Source: Hypanus sabinus (lineage: Eukaryota). From it: a DNA stretch of 64,000 nt. A program made the translations under genes and the position numbers. The notes beneath the pieces were generated by a model, which saw nothing but the letters and a program-made list of their open reading frames with translations, was not told the DNA's origin and made no database searches. The stretch spans positions 49,414,001 to 49,478,000 of the forward strand of contig NC_082712.1 of assembly GCF_030144855.1 (NCBI RefSeq), read 5' to 3'. The stretch's first letter is position 1. Every line of letters starts with the position of its first letter. Of this stretch, positions 12,780 through 26,914 are shown piece by piece.

Positions 12780-13925
12780 TCACTACCTGGTAACATGGTC
12801 TCGTAGAGAATTTCAATGTAAAACTCCCTACAGACAACAGGTGAACAGCTGGTGCAGGAAGCTACTGGAAAGGGACATTTGTAAAAGAGGTTAGTGTGGA
12901 CATCTTTAGGCCAGAGGTGGAGACAGAGAGATTGAGAAAGAAAAAAGAGGTGTCAGAAATTAATCAGATGAATAAGGGCAGGGTGGAGATTGGAGGAAAA
13001 GTTGATGAGCTCAGGGAGGATGCAGATTTCGATGCAGTGGAGCAAGAGTTGAGGTCATTACTAGTGTAGGCCTGGAACATGGACTGTGTGGTGAACTACA
13101 TATACCTGTCTGGACTTACCCCCCCCCCCCCGCTGACTGCACCTGTGGCTCCTCCCACAGACCCCGGTATAAAGGCAATTGAGGCCTGAGCCCAGCCCTC
13201 AGTCTCCAGGATGTAGCATGGTGGTCAATTGCTGCTTGTTCTTTCTTCCAGCCAATTAAAGTCGATATCTCGCCTCACGTCTCCGAGAGTTATTGATGGT
13301 GCATCAGACTGTTCCATGCAGTTTATGAAACACAGGCATAGGTGAATGTCTATGGGTCATTTAGCCTGCAGAAAGTGGGAAGAACTAAAAGAGAAATTAT
13401 TGAGCATACGCACCAGATGGGGGAGGATGATGATGGAGGAGAACTGGTAAGGTCTGCCTCCTGAAAGAAGCAGAGAGCTTTAAATCCTTCCTGATAAGGG
13501 ATGGAAGTGTACAGGGACTGATCAGCCCTAGGGAAAATAGGCAATTGGGGCGAGGAAACTGAAAGTTATTAAAATGTGTGGCGTGTCATGGACATAGGTA
13601 GGAAGAGACAGAATGAAAGGGGATAAAATGGAGTTAAGGTATGCATACATGTGTTCAGTGGGGCAGGAATAAGCTGAAACAATGGACAGTTAAGCTTGAG
13701 GATTTTGGGTAGGAGGTAGAAGTGAGCAGTGCGGGTGATGGGAACTGGGAGGTTGGTGACAGTAGATGGAAGATCTGCAAAGCCAGTGTGGCTGGAGGCA
13801 ATGGCCTGATGCATCTTAATGGGGTCCTTAGTGAGATAATAAGAAGAGGTATCTGAGAGCAGCTGCCTGGCCTCAGTAAGGCAGAGGTCAATCCACCACA
13901 CTACAACAGAGATGGAGTACACTCC
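12780..13925 (-). mobile_element. Penelope-like element reverse transcriptase fragment, interrupted by a solo LTR
   Basis: ORFs 13569-13922 (VVVWWIDLCLTEARQLLSDTSSY..RTAHFYLLPKI) and 13350-13544 (QSLYTSIPYQEGFKALCFF) are Penelope RT N-terminal motifs. Confidence 0.85.
13087..13306 (+). mobile_element. Solo LTR (220 bp)
   Basis: TG...CA termini; 5-bp TSD gactg at 13082-13086 and 13307-13311; internal TATAAA and ATTAAA. Confidence 0.92.
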
Positions 13926-14354
13926 ACAGACTTGATCTGAGAAGGTTCTCTTCCCAGAGCCTTCTTTTTGTGATAGACAACATGCTTGTCTGCAACCAAT
14001 TGGTATGTTTTTCTAGTTCGTACATATTGTACTTGTGTTTAGAAATCCTTTGTAGATCCATAATCTCTGTGAGAATTATTTCTCAAAATAAATGTGTTCC
14101 ATTTGAAACAACTGTGTTTTGTCTGCTTTGTTATCTGGAATTATCTCCTTCATGTTTGGTAGGGGCTTCCTTGCTTGAGGTAGAGATTATTGACAGCTAA
14201 ACCCCTTCAAAAAAGAGACTAGTTAAGTAAATTGGTCTTTGAATTATAGATTAAATTAGTATGATCCCGCTAAAGTGATGGCATTTATTTGGACCTATAA
14301 TGATAAGATTTAGTATTGGCACAAGTTTAGAATGGATATGCTCTGTATCACAAG

Positions 14355-15750
14355 TGCGAGCTACCTTCATGACTATCGTCTAGTAGCACTCACATCTATG
14401 GTGATGAAATGCTTTGAGAGGTTGATCATGGCTAGAATCAACTTCTGCCTCACCAAGGACCTGGACCCACTACAATTTGTCTATCGTCACAATAAGTCTA
14501 AGGTGGATGCAATCTTAATGGCTCTCCGTGTGGCCTTGGATCACCTGTACCCATACATATACCTATGTCAGGATGTTGTTTCTTGACTATAGCTCAGCAT
14601 TTAGCAGCATCATATCTACTGTCCTGATCAAAGAGCTACAGAAACTGGGCCTCTGTTACTCCTTCTGCAACTGGATCCTTGATTCCTAACCAGAAGACCA
14701 CAATCTGTGCAGACCGGCAATAAAATCTCCACCTCACTGACAGTCAATACTAGGGCACCTCAGGGATGAGAGCTTATCCCACTGCTCTACTCTTTCTATA
14801 TCCATGAGTGATGGCGAGGCATAGCTTAAATATCATTCATAATTTTGCTGATGGTACAACCAGTGTTGGCAGGATCTCATATAGTGACAAGAGGACGTAT
14901 AGGGAGTGAAATATACTGACTAGATGAGTGGTGTCGCAGCAACAACTTTGCACACAACGTCAGTAAGAACAAAGAGCTGATTGTGGACTTCAGAAAGTGT
15001 AGGATGAGGAAACACATAACCAATCCTCATAGGGGGATCCAAAGTGGAGAGAGTGAACAATTTCATGTCCCTGGGTGTCAATATCTGACCTGGTCCCAAC
15101 ATATTCATGCAGCTATAAAGAAGGCAAGACAGTGGCTATATTTTGTTATGAGCTAGAGGATATTTGGTTTATCAGCTAAAACACTTAAAAACTTATACAG
15201 ATGTACAGCAGAGAGCATTCGGATTGGCAGATCACCATCTGGTTTGAGGGGCGGTGGGGCGCTGCTACTACACAGGATCTGAGTAAACTGCAGAGAGTGG
15301 TAAAATTAGTTGGTTCCATTATGGGCACTAGACTCCATAATATCCAAGACATCTTCAAGGAGCGGTGCCTCAGAAAGGCAGCATCCACTGTTCAGGAATC
15401 GCACCCCCCCCACCACCAACAGGACATGCCCTCTTCTCTTTGTTACCATCAGGAAGGAGGTGCAGAAGCCTGAATGTACACACTCAGCGATGAAAGAACA
15501 GTTTCTTCCCCTCTGCCATCCGATTTCTAAATGGATGTTGAACCCATGAGCACTATCTCACTACTTATTTAAAATGTCTGTTTTTTCTTTATTTATTTTA
15601 ATATAATTATTACATATATGTGCATACATGTATATATATTTACTGTAATTCAATTTTTTTCTATATTTATCATGTATTGCATTTACTGCTGCCCCAAGGT
15701 TAACAAACTTCATGACATGCTGGTGATATTGAACTTGATTCTGATTCTGA
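14355..15750 (+). mobile_element. Rex1/Babar-clade LINE, 5'-truncated, decayed RT
   Basis: DYRLVALTSMVMKCFERLIM..LDPLQFVYR motif, degenerate PQG and FADD regions, and (attctg)n tail. Confidence 0.85.
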
Positions 15751-15931
15751 AGTGCTCTTCATTTAGACTAGCTTTTAAGTATGTGCTGTACTCGAAATGC
15801 TTCTTCCAAGTGTTGTTAACGTTGTCAAGGTATTTTTTATTATTTTAGCCTTGAATTACTCAGCAAAACATGGACAATAAAGGCAAACAGTTTATCAGGA
15901 GGATAATCTCGACCTGATTTGTCTATGGCTA

Positions 15932-16099
15932 GCAACATACTGGAGAAACTCAATGCATCAGGCACCATTTATGGAGGGAAATGTATAGTTGTCTGTCCAC
16001 TTCCCTCTGTAGATGTTACCTGATCCACTGAGTTCTTCCGGAGCTTTGTATTTTGCTGCAGGTTCCAGCATTCCAGCATCTGCAGCCACTCTTGTCTCC
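15932..16099. mobile_element. Palindromic Penelope-pLTR-derived short element
   Basis: Inverted arms; flanked by the near-identical direct repeat atttgtc(t/a)atggcta. Confidence 0.65.
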
Positions 16100-16519
16100 A
16101 TTTGTCAATGGCTAACACTGTTTAACTTAACTCTGAACCTCTCAGGCTAAAGCAAGATCTGGCAGACATTCTGTCACCAAAGCATACTTGGGAATTGTGT
16201 AGAACTACATGACATGGGATGGAACATATTCCAAAGTTTGTATTGTAGGTCCTGGATGAAGAGTGTGTCCATTCGGAGAAATACTTTGCTTCACCAGAGA
16301 GCCTGGAGCCCTGTCAGACCCCTAACTGTGAAGGTGGTAACATAGGATTACTGTGACAGGCATTGCCATGAAATAAAGCCAATGCTTTGCAAATGGTGCT
16401 TCTGAAAGGTCAGTAACTTGAGACAGGCTGTCAAAATTAGTGAATGCATCTTCAAATGTTCCCACATCCACCACACTGTCATCTGTCTCAGAGATGAGAT
16501 GAGGGGAAGACTGAAACAT

Positions 16520-17012
16520 GGAGGCAACTGTGGAGGATAGTGAGTGGTTCTTGGAGAGGCTGCTGCTCCAAGTTGCTTTGCTTAGACAGGCTGCTGGTTC
16601 GAGTTGCTTCCTTCAGAGGGGCTGTTGTGTTGTGTCACTTCCATCAGACTGGCCCTGGATCCTGATGCTCTCAGAGATGTTACTGAAGCTCTGAGTTTTA
16701 TGGATTGGACAGTGGTTCGTATTGGGCTGTTTCATTTCTATGTCTTTTTCGTGTTCTTGCCTACTCTTTCGTGTTGTCAATTGGTGGGCTGGGGGTTTGG
16801 GTGACCTGTTGCTTTTATGTGAGGGAGAGGTTGGGGGTGCTTGGGGTTTGCGAGTTTTTGTTTCTTATTCATTTCATGTCGGGGTATTGATGTCTTTCTT
16901 TCAACTGCCTCTATGGTGTTTCATATTTTGTGGCTATCTGGAGAAGACAGATCTCAGAGTGGTATTTGCATGCATACTTTGACAATAGCATTAGCCTTTG
17001 AACCTTTGAACT
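16520..17012 (+). mobile_element. Unclassified non-autonomous retroposon with a Rex-type tail
   Basis: GT-rich body ending atctcagagtggtatttgcatgcatactttgac...(ctttgaac)n. Confidence 0.45.
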
Positions 17013-17599
17013 GCCCCATGTACCACACCTGCTCAAAGGACACAGATCAGCAGTTATGTTGTGCCCTCTTAGAATTCCAAAGTGAGCAAACTCAGCTTTA
17101 GCTGTTTCTTGTATAAGGGACTATCTGGGAACACCAGACAGTGTAGACCTCATCTCTGGGAAAGCTAAAGACCCATTGAGGATACACTAGTAACAACCAC
17201 CATTCATCTGGAAAAGTACCCATCTTCCAATGTACCAAACCTTCATGCAATTAGCACTGTTTGTAAGCCCCACTTGCTCACTTTATCACTGGTACACTGT
17301 GCTGGTTACTCCACCACAACAGCGAAACAACCCAAGCATATCGCTGAACACCAACTTACACAATTCATTTAACAAAATATTGTGGTGCAAAATTGCAGGC
17401 ACTGTAATTATCCTGCAGTATCAGGCTCAACTGTGTCCATTGATCTTCTTATCCCTTTTTCACTGAGGTGCCCATTCCTAAGGCTGTGAAAGAAATCACT
17501 GCGGTCAAAATCATTGTCCCTCAAATGTTATTGCATTTGATTTATAATCTAGACTGTTGTGAAAGTCAATAATTCAATGGTTCAATTTAACATCAATAA

Positions 17600-17915
17600 A
17601 TGGATAGTCAGAGGCTTTTTCCCCAGGGCTGAAATGGTTAGCACCAGAGGGCACATTTTTAAGGTGCTTGGAAGTAGGCACAGAGGAGATCTCAGGGGCA
17701 AGTTTTTCTTACGCAGAGAGTGGCGAGTACGTGGAATGGGCTGCTGGTGATGGTGGAGGAGGCGGATACAATAAAGTCTTTTAAGAGGTGCATGGAGCTT
17801 AGAAAAATAGAGGGCTATGGGTAACCCTAAGTAATTTCTAAAGTAAGTACATGTTAGGCACAGCATTGTGGGCCGAAAGGCCTGTATTGTGCTGTAGGTT
17901 TTCTATGTTTCTATG
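17600..17915 (+). mobile_element. CR1-clade LINE 3' end
   Basis: ORF 17559-17750 FFPRAEMVSTRGHIFKV; (tttctatg)n tail. Confidence 0.85.
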
Positions 17916-18715
17916 TATACAGTATACATTCTCTTTGTCGACACTCATGAAAAAACCTGAAGAATGAATGCCAAAAAAACTTTAGAACCCTATAGCCCCC
18001 CCTTCCCCTTCCCAGGCACAAGCAGCAGCACAGCATCAACTTCTGCCCTCCTCCTCCCCCACTTCTTCCAGCAAAAAGCACCAGCCCCCCACCACCACTC
18101 ACTGTGAAAGCAATAGTAGGCCTCCCAATGTCATGATCTATTGTCCAGCAAAAACTATCCCAACACTTCAATGTCTCATGAGGTCCTCTCACTCTCTCAC
18201 TAACGATGGAGAGAGAGATATCATTCCTTCCACAGTGAGAGGGGAAACCAACATCTCCCTGTTTCAATGGTACAGCCTGCAGCATCACTTATTCAAGTTC
18301 TCCGGACTTGAGAATCAGCAGACTCCCTCTCTCGCCATTGAGAAAGAGAGGGCGAGATTGTTTGAGAGCTGTGGCCCCCAATAGCCATGCCTGTTGTCTT
18401 AATGTTTCAATCTCCTGCAACGCTTTAGTCAGAAACATCAGGGAGAAATCGGATCGTCCTCAGGGCTATGCCCTGAAGATGCACAATTTTTCAAGCTGCT
18501 CTTAGAGATCCCGAAATGTAGGCCACTCAGCGATTCCTGAAGAGTGAGAACTCACCAGCTGTGAAGAATGCAGTTTGTGCACATCTATAGATCATGGTCC
18601 GATAGGACCCCAGCCACCTTGAAAAGAAAAACAAAAAGACACGAGAACAGAGAGTTTAAATAGTTTCACAGGTGAACTCAAAGAAGGTCCACAAAAACTT
18701 TCAGCACCATCTTTA
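17916..18715 (-). mobile_element. Unclassified non-autonomous retroposon
   Basis: Minus-strand start aagatggtgctgaa, shared with 21300; the 3' part matches the copy at 53670-54030. Confidence 0.5.
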
Positions 18716-18779
18716 GCTCCTTCCACTCTGCAGCATTTGCTCCTGGCGTTCCCTTCAACACAAATCAGCTCCATTTTGT

Positions 18780-20345
18780 TTCACATGGTGAAAAACTGCA
18801 ATTGTCTTCATCCACTATCCCAGAAAAGCAAGGTAACATGTCTTGATGACTTCTGCCCCTGGCTCTGACATCCACCATTATGAATTCCTTCGAAAGGCTG
18901 GTCAAGGCATGCATCAGTTCCAGCCTTGCAGACAACCTCAGCCCATTGCAGATTCCCTACTGTGGATACCAGTGCTTGGTCCTACACTCATCTCTGGAGC
19001 ATCTGGACAGTAAAGACAGTAAGTGTAATGCTTTACAATGACAGTGATCAGGGTTTAATTCCCGCCTCTGTCTGTAAGAAATTTGTATGCTCTCTCTGCG
19101 ACAACGTGGGTTTCCTCCCACATTACAAAGAGACAGTAAGCCGTCACTTTAGGCATGCTATGTTGGCGCGGGAAGTATAGCAACATTTGTGGGCTGCCCT
19201 GAGCACATCCTCAGTCTGTGCTGCTCGTTGACACAAGAAATACATTTCATTGTATGTTCTGATGTGCATGTGACAAATAATTTCATCGATTATATTGAAA
19301 CATTGTTTGACGACAGTCTGCTTTCAATTTTACAATTCCAACCAAGCTTCTAGACTTGTGACTCAACACCTCTCTCCGACTTCAGACAGTGAGGATAGGC
19401 AGCAACACCCCCAGAACAGGAATCCTCCATGCGGGTCCCCACAGGCTGTGTCCTCAGCCCCCCACTGCTCCCTATGCACTCATGAATGTGTGGCAAGTCT
19501 CTGCTCTACCGCCATCTACCAGTTTGCAGATAATACCACTATAGGGGGCTATATTTCAAATCGCGATGAGTCAGAGTACAGGAAGGAGATAAGGAGCCTA
19601 GTAACATCACATCATGACACCAACCTTTCCCTCAATGTCAGCAAAACAAAAGAGAGGCTCATTCACTTCAAGAAGTGGGGTGGTGCATATACCCCTGTTT
19701 ACATCAATGCTGCTGTGTTTAGTGGGTTGAAAACATGAAATTCCTAGGAGTAGGCATCACCAGTAGCCCATCCTGGTCTAATCACGACAATGCAACAGGC
19801 AAAGTTCACCTGTGCCTCTGTTTCCTCAGGAGGCTATAAAAAATCCTCTGACTCTCACCAATTTTTATTGTTGCACCATAGAAAGCATCCGATCCAGATG
19901 CACCATGGGTTGGTGTGGCAGCTGCTCTGCCCGTGACCAAAAGTGAATGGACACAGTCCAGAAACCAGCCTCCATCCATGGGCTCTGACTTGCTTCTTGG
20001 TAAAGCAGCTAACTTAATCAAAGATCCCACCCATCCAGGTCATTCTTCTCTCCTCTCCGTTGCACAGAAGAGAGTAAGCACCACCAGGCACAGGGACAGC
20101 TTCTGTTCCACTGATATAGGACGATTGAATGGTTCAGATAGACTCCTATCCTCAACAATATGCCTCATTATGGCCTTCTACCTTCTACTCTGAGCATACT
20201 CTGTAACTGTTAGTCTTCATTCTGCATTCTGTTACTGCTCTCCCTTGTACTAACTCAATACATTGATATGATGAGATGATTTACATGATTAGCATGTAAA
20301 ACTGTTTTTCACTGCACAATGGTACACATGACAATAATAAGCACA
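18780..20345 (+). mobile_element. Rex1/Babar-clade LINE fragment interrupted by a SINE
   Basis: THECVA..IYQFADNTTIGG..DESEYRKEI..LSLNVSKTKE (ORF 19295-19738) and KAANLIKDPTHPGH. Confidence 0.8.
19018..19285 (+). mobile_element. tRNA-derived V-SINE-like element with Rex-type tail
   Basis: B-box-like gggtttaattccc, V-domain ctgtaagaaatttgtatgctct..gtgggtttcctcccacat, and tail catgtgacaaataa. Confidence 0.65.
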
Positions 20346-21294
20346 TCTATCAATGTACCTGGCCAGCTGGTTACGATCACATGAAGATACCTCAAATAGT
20401 GACATTGGATGTGATCTTGAAATTAAGTTGGAGGTGTGATCCATATGTGCTGAGAAATCAGGCACCAGTGGGATGGATAAGATTCAGCCCAGCCACCAGC
20501 TCTCCTGGGCATCATTGTTGCAAAACTTGAAACTGGGCCAAAAACTTTCCTCTTCTGCTCCTTCATGAGTTTGACTTCCTGCATTGTGAAGCTGCTATTA
20601 AAGCGTCGTGGATCCACACAGAGTTAGATATGCAATCAACGGCACAATTACACCACAAATTAATAGAATCACAATTTAAATTGGTTCAGGAATTAGGAAC
20701 AGATATTGCATTCCAAAAAAAAACAACAATATTATTCCCTCTTGATTTTGAACAGGATGTTCATACCTTGGCGTTGATAGGCAATCTGGTTGAAACAGAA
20801 ATAAGGAAATACTTAATAAAATATTCATCAAGGCATCTGTGGAATTGATGTTCTTCGTCAGAACCAAGTTAATTGCTTCTCCGACACAGATGTCCTAATT
20901 ATAAGATTCACCTGCTCAAGTTACTCTCCCTAACCCCAATATCCATACACTTCCCCGTCATCTAAATGACTTCTCTCTGTTCGATGATCCTCCCATAGTT
21001 CTGGCTTCTTGCACTTGTTGAATTTTCTTTGCTTCATTTTGGTGACTACTTCTTCAGCTGACAAGCTCTGGGCTCCTCTGCCTCTCTGACTTCTTGAAGA
21101 TGTTCTTTTATCTTCATTATTTTTTAGTTAACTGCTTTGATAATGTCAAATTTAAAAGTAACATGATTATTCTTTGGGCTAACTGATTATTTTAAAGCAA
21201 TGATATAATGCACATTATTGATATTCCTACAGAACTTCTAACTATCTGAGGAGGTATAACGATTTTTCAGAAATCTGTTGAATGATGGCCAATC

Positions 21295-22130
21295 CAGTTA
21301 AGATGGTGCTGAACTGCAGTCTCTGTCAAGGTCATGGCTCAGTCTTAATTAATTGTTAGGATCATAGGGATGGCTTTGGAGTCAAAGCGTGGAGTTATGG
21401 AGCAGGTTAGGGTTCAGGGATAGGGATGAGAGGGAATTAGAGGTCCAACTGGAATCTAGACCCCCATTCCATGCTCCGCATTTTGCGTTCGAAGGCTAGT
21501 GACATGGACGTGTGAGGAAGGACATCCATGGTCAGATGTTGGGTTGGTACACTAGGGAAAATGAGCGCTAACATTCCCTCACCATAGGTCAGCAAGTTGT
21601 TTTCAGGTTTGCAGTTGATTGAAGTTCCATTGGGGCAGGAGACATGAACACTGGTGATCCCCCTAGGTACACCAGTTAGAGAGACCAGAGTTTGGGCTCC
21701 TACCATTGGCCAATCCGTTATTCAAGGTATGGCATTTGCAGTCCTCATCCAGGATCCTCATTCGTCCTCAACTGTGAGTCCTAGGGTTGACATTGAAGAT
21801 CAAAGCCCAAAAATCGATATATTTGAAATCTAGAATTTGGGACCCAACGGCTGAAGCTCTGGATATGCAAGTCCACTGGGGAAATCAAAACGCCCTATGT
21901 CTGCAAATCCACGAGTCTACTGGAGGCTAACGGTTGGAGGNNNNNNNNNNNNNNNNNNNNNNNNNNNNNNNNNNNNNNNNNNNNNNNNNNNNNNNNNNNN
22001 NNNNNNNNNNNNNNNNNNNNNNNNNNNNNNNNNNNNNNNNNNNNNNNNNNNNNNNNNNNNNNNNNNNNNNGAAGCTTGTTTTGCTGCTGTTGATTAGTTG
22101 CTATTGTTCTGTGAACCTGGTGCACACCAT
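21295..22130 (+). mobile_element. Unclassified retroposon spanning the assembly gap
   Basis: Starts aagatggtgctgaa like the 17916-18715 element; GT-rich body. Confidence 0.35.
21941..22070. other. Assembly gap (130 N)
   Basis: Run of n characters. Confidence 1.
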
Positions 22131-22134
22131 CAAA

Positions 22135-23830
22135 ATTGGCCTTTCCCTAACTTAGAATCACAACTCAAGGACTAGACCTACCCTTTTTATAGTTACCTTG
22201 AAATCACTGGTATTATGATCACTAGATGCAGTGTTCCACTACACAAACTTCTATCACCTGCCCGGTCTCATTTCCTAATAGGAGATCTAGTATCACCCTC
22301 TCTCTAGTTGGAACTTCTATGAATTGATTCAGGAAACTTTCCTGAATACATTTGACAAACTGTTTCCCATCCAGCCCTTTTACAGTATGGAAGTTCCAGT
22401 CAATATGTGGAAAGTTAAAAATCACCTACTATCGCAACCTTACGTTTCTTGTAACAGTCTGCGATGTCTCTTCACGTTTTTCCCCCTAAATCCCAGACTA
22501 TTGTGTGGTATATAATATCGTTCCATGAACATAGTCATACTTTTCTTATTCCTCATTTCTATCCATAAAGACTCACTAGACAAGCTCTCCAGTCTGTTCT
22601 GACTGAGCACTACTGTGACATTTTCCCTTTCTGGTAATGCCATCCTTCCCCTTTTAATCCCTCTTGACCTATCAGACCTAAAGCAACAGAACCCAGCAAC
22701 ACTGAGCTGCAGGTCCTGTCCCTCCTCCAGCTAAGTCTCACTAGTGGCAATAATGTCACAATTCCGTGTGTTGATCCATGCTCTCAGCACATCTGCCTTT
22801 CCTACAAAGCCCCTTGCATTGAACAGTACGTTTCTCAGATCATTCATCCCACCTTGTTAGACCTTTTGATTTCTGACTTTGTATGTAGGCTTAACAACAT
22901 CTTATTCCACAACCACACTGCTATCTGTTCTGGTTGCCATCTCCCTGCAACTTTAGTTTAAGCCTTCTGTGCAGTACCAGCAAACATTCCTGCTGAGATA
23001 TTAGCCCCCCTCCAGTTCAGGTGCTTCTGTATGGGTCCCACCTTCCTTGGAAGAGAGCCCAAAGATTCAAATATCTGAATCTCTCCTCCCTGCACCAACT
23101 CCTTAGCCACGTATTAAACTGTATGATCCTGTCCTCAGTAGCTCGTGGCAAGGGTAGCAATTCTGCAGTCCCAACCCTAGTAATCCAGTCGTTTAACTAA
23201 CTCCCTGGACACACTTTGCAGGACTTTGTCAACCCTCCTATCCATGCCATTGGTACCAAGGTGGACCACAGCCCTTGGCTGCTCACCCTCCGACTTAAGA
23301 ATGTTGTAGATGCTCCTGATCCCTGCACCTAGAAGGCAACAAATCTTGTTCTCGTCCTCAGACACTCTTTTCTGTTCTCCTAACCAATAAATCCCCTATC
23401 AGTACAGCTTGCCTCTTCTCCTTCCTTCCCTATTGAGCCACAGAGCCGGACTGCTGTGCTGTCCTCTGCTAGATCATCCTCCCCAACAGTATCCAAAGCG
23501 GTGAGGGGTACTCTGCACTGGCTGCCTATCCCCTTTCCCCCTCCAGACAGTCACTCAGTCCTTCATCTTGAGTGTAACTGCTTCTCTATATTTCCTGTCT
23601 ATCAATCCCACAGCCTCCCGAATGATCTGGAGTTCATCCATTTCCAGCTCCGACTCCTTAACATGGTCTGTTAGAAGCTGCAGCTGGATGCACTTCTTTA
23701 AGGTGTAGCGGTCACGAAGCCTGGAGGTCTCCCTTCCTTTCCATATCCCACAAGAGGAGGATTCCAGTATCCTTTATGGCATCTCCAGTGCTCTAAATGT
23801 GCAATGCGAAAGAAATAATGATAAATAACA
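22135..23830 (-). mobile_element. CR1-clade LINE 5' half (ORF1 esterase-like region and APE endonuclease), decayed
   Basis: VVHLGTNG (SGNH-esterase-like ORF1), ESLWIEMRNKK, FNFPHIDW..FVKCIQESFLNQFIEVPTRERVILDLLLGNE. Confidence 0.85.
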
Positions 23831-24194
23831 AAAAAAAAATCCACCAATGGCCTTTACATCTCCTAAGCTTTGATGAACAAAATCCTCAACTCCCCACTCT
23901 AACTCTGGTCCACTCACACAATGGCTGCTCTGTTTAAACCTAACTTCTTTTTATTTGTCATTGCCAAGTGCCTAATTATGCACTATCCAAGTTCTCCTCA
24001 GAAACTGTAGGCACTCAAAAAGTGCTGACTGTCTGCACTCACTTTTTTAAACTCTCCCTCAACACAACCCAATGTCTCCTTGGGACTGTGGGATGCAATA
24101 CGTGTCAATTGTGTTTTTTTTAAAAATGCAAACAACACATTTCACTGTATGTTTTAATGTACATGTGATAAATAAATGAATTTTATTCATTCAA

Positions 24195-24348
24195 CAATAA
24201 AGATTCTGCTGATGCTGGAAATCTTGAGCAACACTCACAATATGTTAGAGTAACTCAGCAAATCAGGCAGAATCTATGGAAGGGAATAATCAGCTGACAT
24301 TTTGGGCTGAGACCCTTCATCAGGACTGGAAAGGAAGGGGCAGAAGAT
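24195..24348 (-). mobile_element. Penelope pLTR fragment
   Basis: Matches the family; hammerhead-like core at 24291-24328 with GAAA changed to AAAA. Confidence 0.7.
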
Positions 24349-25449
24349 TTGTTTTTTTTCCCCCCGTGTTTACATTTCTTGTCCTGAATTTTAATTCAAC
24401 TTGTTCTATAGTTAGAGTATTTGGAAAATTCCCATGGAAATTCATATCAGTTTTTTTTATTGCCTTCTCCACAGACAGGCAGAACCAAATGTACTTTTAC
24501 TATGATAACCTAGTAAATTGCTGATTGTCCAGATAGAGTAATGGGTTGATAGGGAATGGAAGAGATATTAAGCACGGTGATATCAATTGTGTCTGGTATG
24601 TTATCTACCCTTTGCACGTTTCTAAAATGATCAGAAACACTTTGCTTTAAAATGAATGAGAGGTAACTCTTATTTCCAAAACCATCTTGGAGAAAAAGTC
24701 ACAAAATGGTGAAGCATGATAATATCTCTAATGTAAGTCGTACAATGTAACGCTCATTCTCATTTACTTTTTTGATAAACAATAAAAAATGTCAGCCAGA
24801 GGCATGGTATGGCTTAAAGATAGATAAAAACTGGTGACATCCTCATATTATTCATGTTCGATAGCTGATTTGATTTATGTTGCATTATATACTCACAAGG
24901 TTAATTAGGCTACTGACTGTACTTTGTGTGCAGGTATTAAATTCACATTAAGCTTTTACAATTGCATGTATTACCAGCAACAATCATAATTTGTTCCACT
25001 CTCTGAAAATTGTTACTGAAACATATTTCTTTGTGTGAATAACACATGCTGAAATTAATTTGCCTACTCAGAAACATATAATACAGGAAAAGGTAATTGT
25101 AAAAGAAGAGAATTGTGGTTTTCCAGTTCTCATTTGTCCACTATGATCAGTATTTTGAGTTATATTGTTATCTTATTGTCAATGTTTCCTCTATTTTTTT
25201 ATGGCTGCATGGACCAGCCATTGCTCTAAGCAGGGTATTTTTCACTGCTTGAAAACAGCGCAGCACTTTAATAAAACATTACATAAAAGAAAATTCCATC
25301 TGTGTGGCAACAAACAGCTATGTGAAGGTAGTGATCCAGTTTACCGCGCAGCCATGCACATGTGCAGCTTAACGCGAACAGTGAAGATCACATTCTTTGG
25401 GTTTCTACTTTCCATCCCTTAGGATTCAAAAGCCTTTGATTAAAAACAA

Positions 25450-25720
25450 TGAAGAATTTCTGTAATCCATTTCAAACCCCACAGATGTTTCAGAGTACTT
25501 CCTGATCAATCAATTACTTTTAAATAGCATTTGTTATGTTTGCAGGCAATTCTACGCAGTGAATATTCACACAGCAAGGTTCTAGTTAATCTACAAACAT
25601 ACTTTGATGATGGTTGTAATCTAGATGTACATTCAAATCCCTACGATGTTCTTAAACTGATGGCCTTTAGACTTAGTGGTAAGACTGCTTTCACAGACAT
25701 TAGCTATCTCTTAATATTCT
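25450..25720 (-). mobile_element. Ancient DeuSINE (SacSINE1-like) relic
   Basis: Weak resemblance to the Deu core (..caatcaattacttttaaatagc..gcaggcaattctacgcag..cacacagcaagg); recognition only. Confidence 0.3.
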
Positions 25721-26914
25721 TCCACTAAAAGAAAACTAACAAAGCTCATGGAGCAAGCAGATTACTTGTGCCATATATTTCAGTCAGCATTTTAGTCTTA
25801 TCATTTAATGAACTGAGTGGCTGAGAGCTGAATACATTGTAAGTGCCAGCTGTTGGTGTGAATGATGATCACCATTGTTTTTTCTCACTTAGCAGTACCA
25901 AATCTTTGCAGACCTATTTAAACAACTATACCCAATTCTAATAAAATATGTAGCTGGAAGTGCGTATTTTCCTACGTATTCAACAGCTTTCATGTTTGAC
26001 TCATGGAGTGGACTTTCCTGGACCTAATTAATGCACTTGGAATTTGGTTTGATCTACAGTGACCTGGCTGACTCCTTCAAAAGCTGCTTATAACTCAATG
26101 TCGAATGTTGCATAATCGAAAATTTTGGTCTCTGAGGTAACTTATTTTCCATCTGAAATGTGAATAAAATACCTGCCACAATCTATCATGGATAGATTTA
26201 ACAACACTGCACTTTTTAGTCATCAACTTCCTTCTTTTATGAAACGTCGGTTTGTTGGAAAGCTGTTTTTAACGAAGACATTGAATTCTTGGTGGCAAAA
26301 TAAACCAAAAGATTATGTTAATTCCACTTTCTCTTTTACTTCTAGTTTTACAAAGCGATGCTCTTACCTAACTGGCACAAATTATGAACATTTTGATGTG
26401 CTAAAGAATTAACTGCATTAATAGTGATATCACACTCATCTTTTCTACAGCTTTAGACACCTCCAATTAAAGTTAGTTGGCCCTGCTATGATTCAGAAGT
26501 GATCCAAATCAAAGTTACAATACACATAGGTAAGCTAATGTTTCTCATTTTTCTCGATATGCCTGCAAGCTTCAACACAGGTAGCCATTCCATTCCTCTG
26601 GATTCTCAGCCTAATGGAGTTGCTCTTGATCAGTTCAAATCTTCAGTGGAACGAGTCATTATTGAGCAATCTTGGCCAACACAATTTTTTCCCACTCCTG
26701 TTGTGGGTCATCCATAGACCACTCCTTATACCTTATCCCGATGCTGGTCACTGTGCCATCTTCTGAAGAAGTGACGTTTAGTTCCACAGCTATGGTGATA
26801 GTGTTCGGTTTTTCCTCCCAGCTTCTCGCTAGCAGCCACTCCCCTTCAACTACTGCCTCTGATTTTGAAGTTTCTTTTCAGTTTTGCTAAACAAAAGGTG
26901 ATGTCACGGGAAAT

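Noticed and set aside
16322-16519. ORF resembling the antisense reading of a kinase glycine-rich loop (DLSEAPFAK)
   Set aside because: The opposite strand gives LCKWCF*KV with a stop and no other kinase motifs.
21895-22155. ORFs spanning the N run
   Set aside because: Artefacts of translating through the assembly gap.
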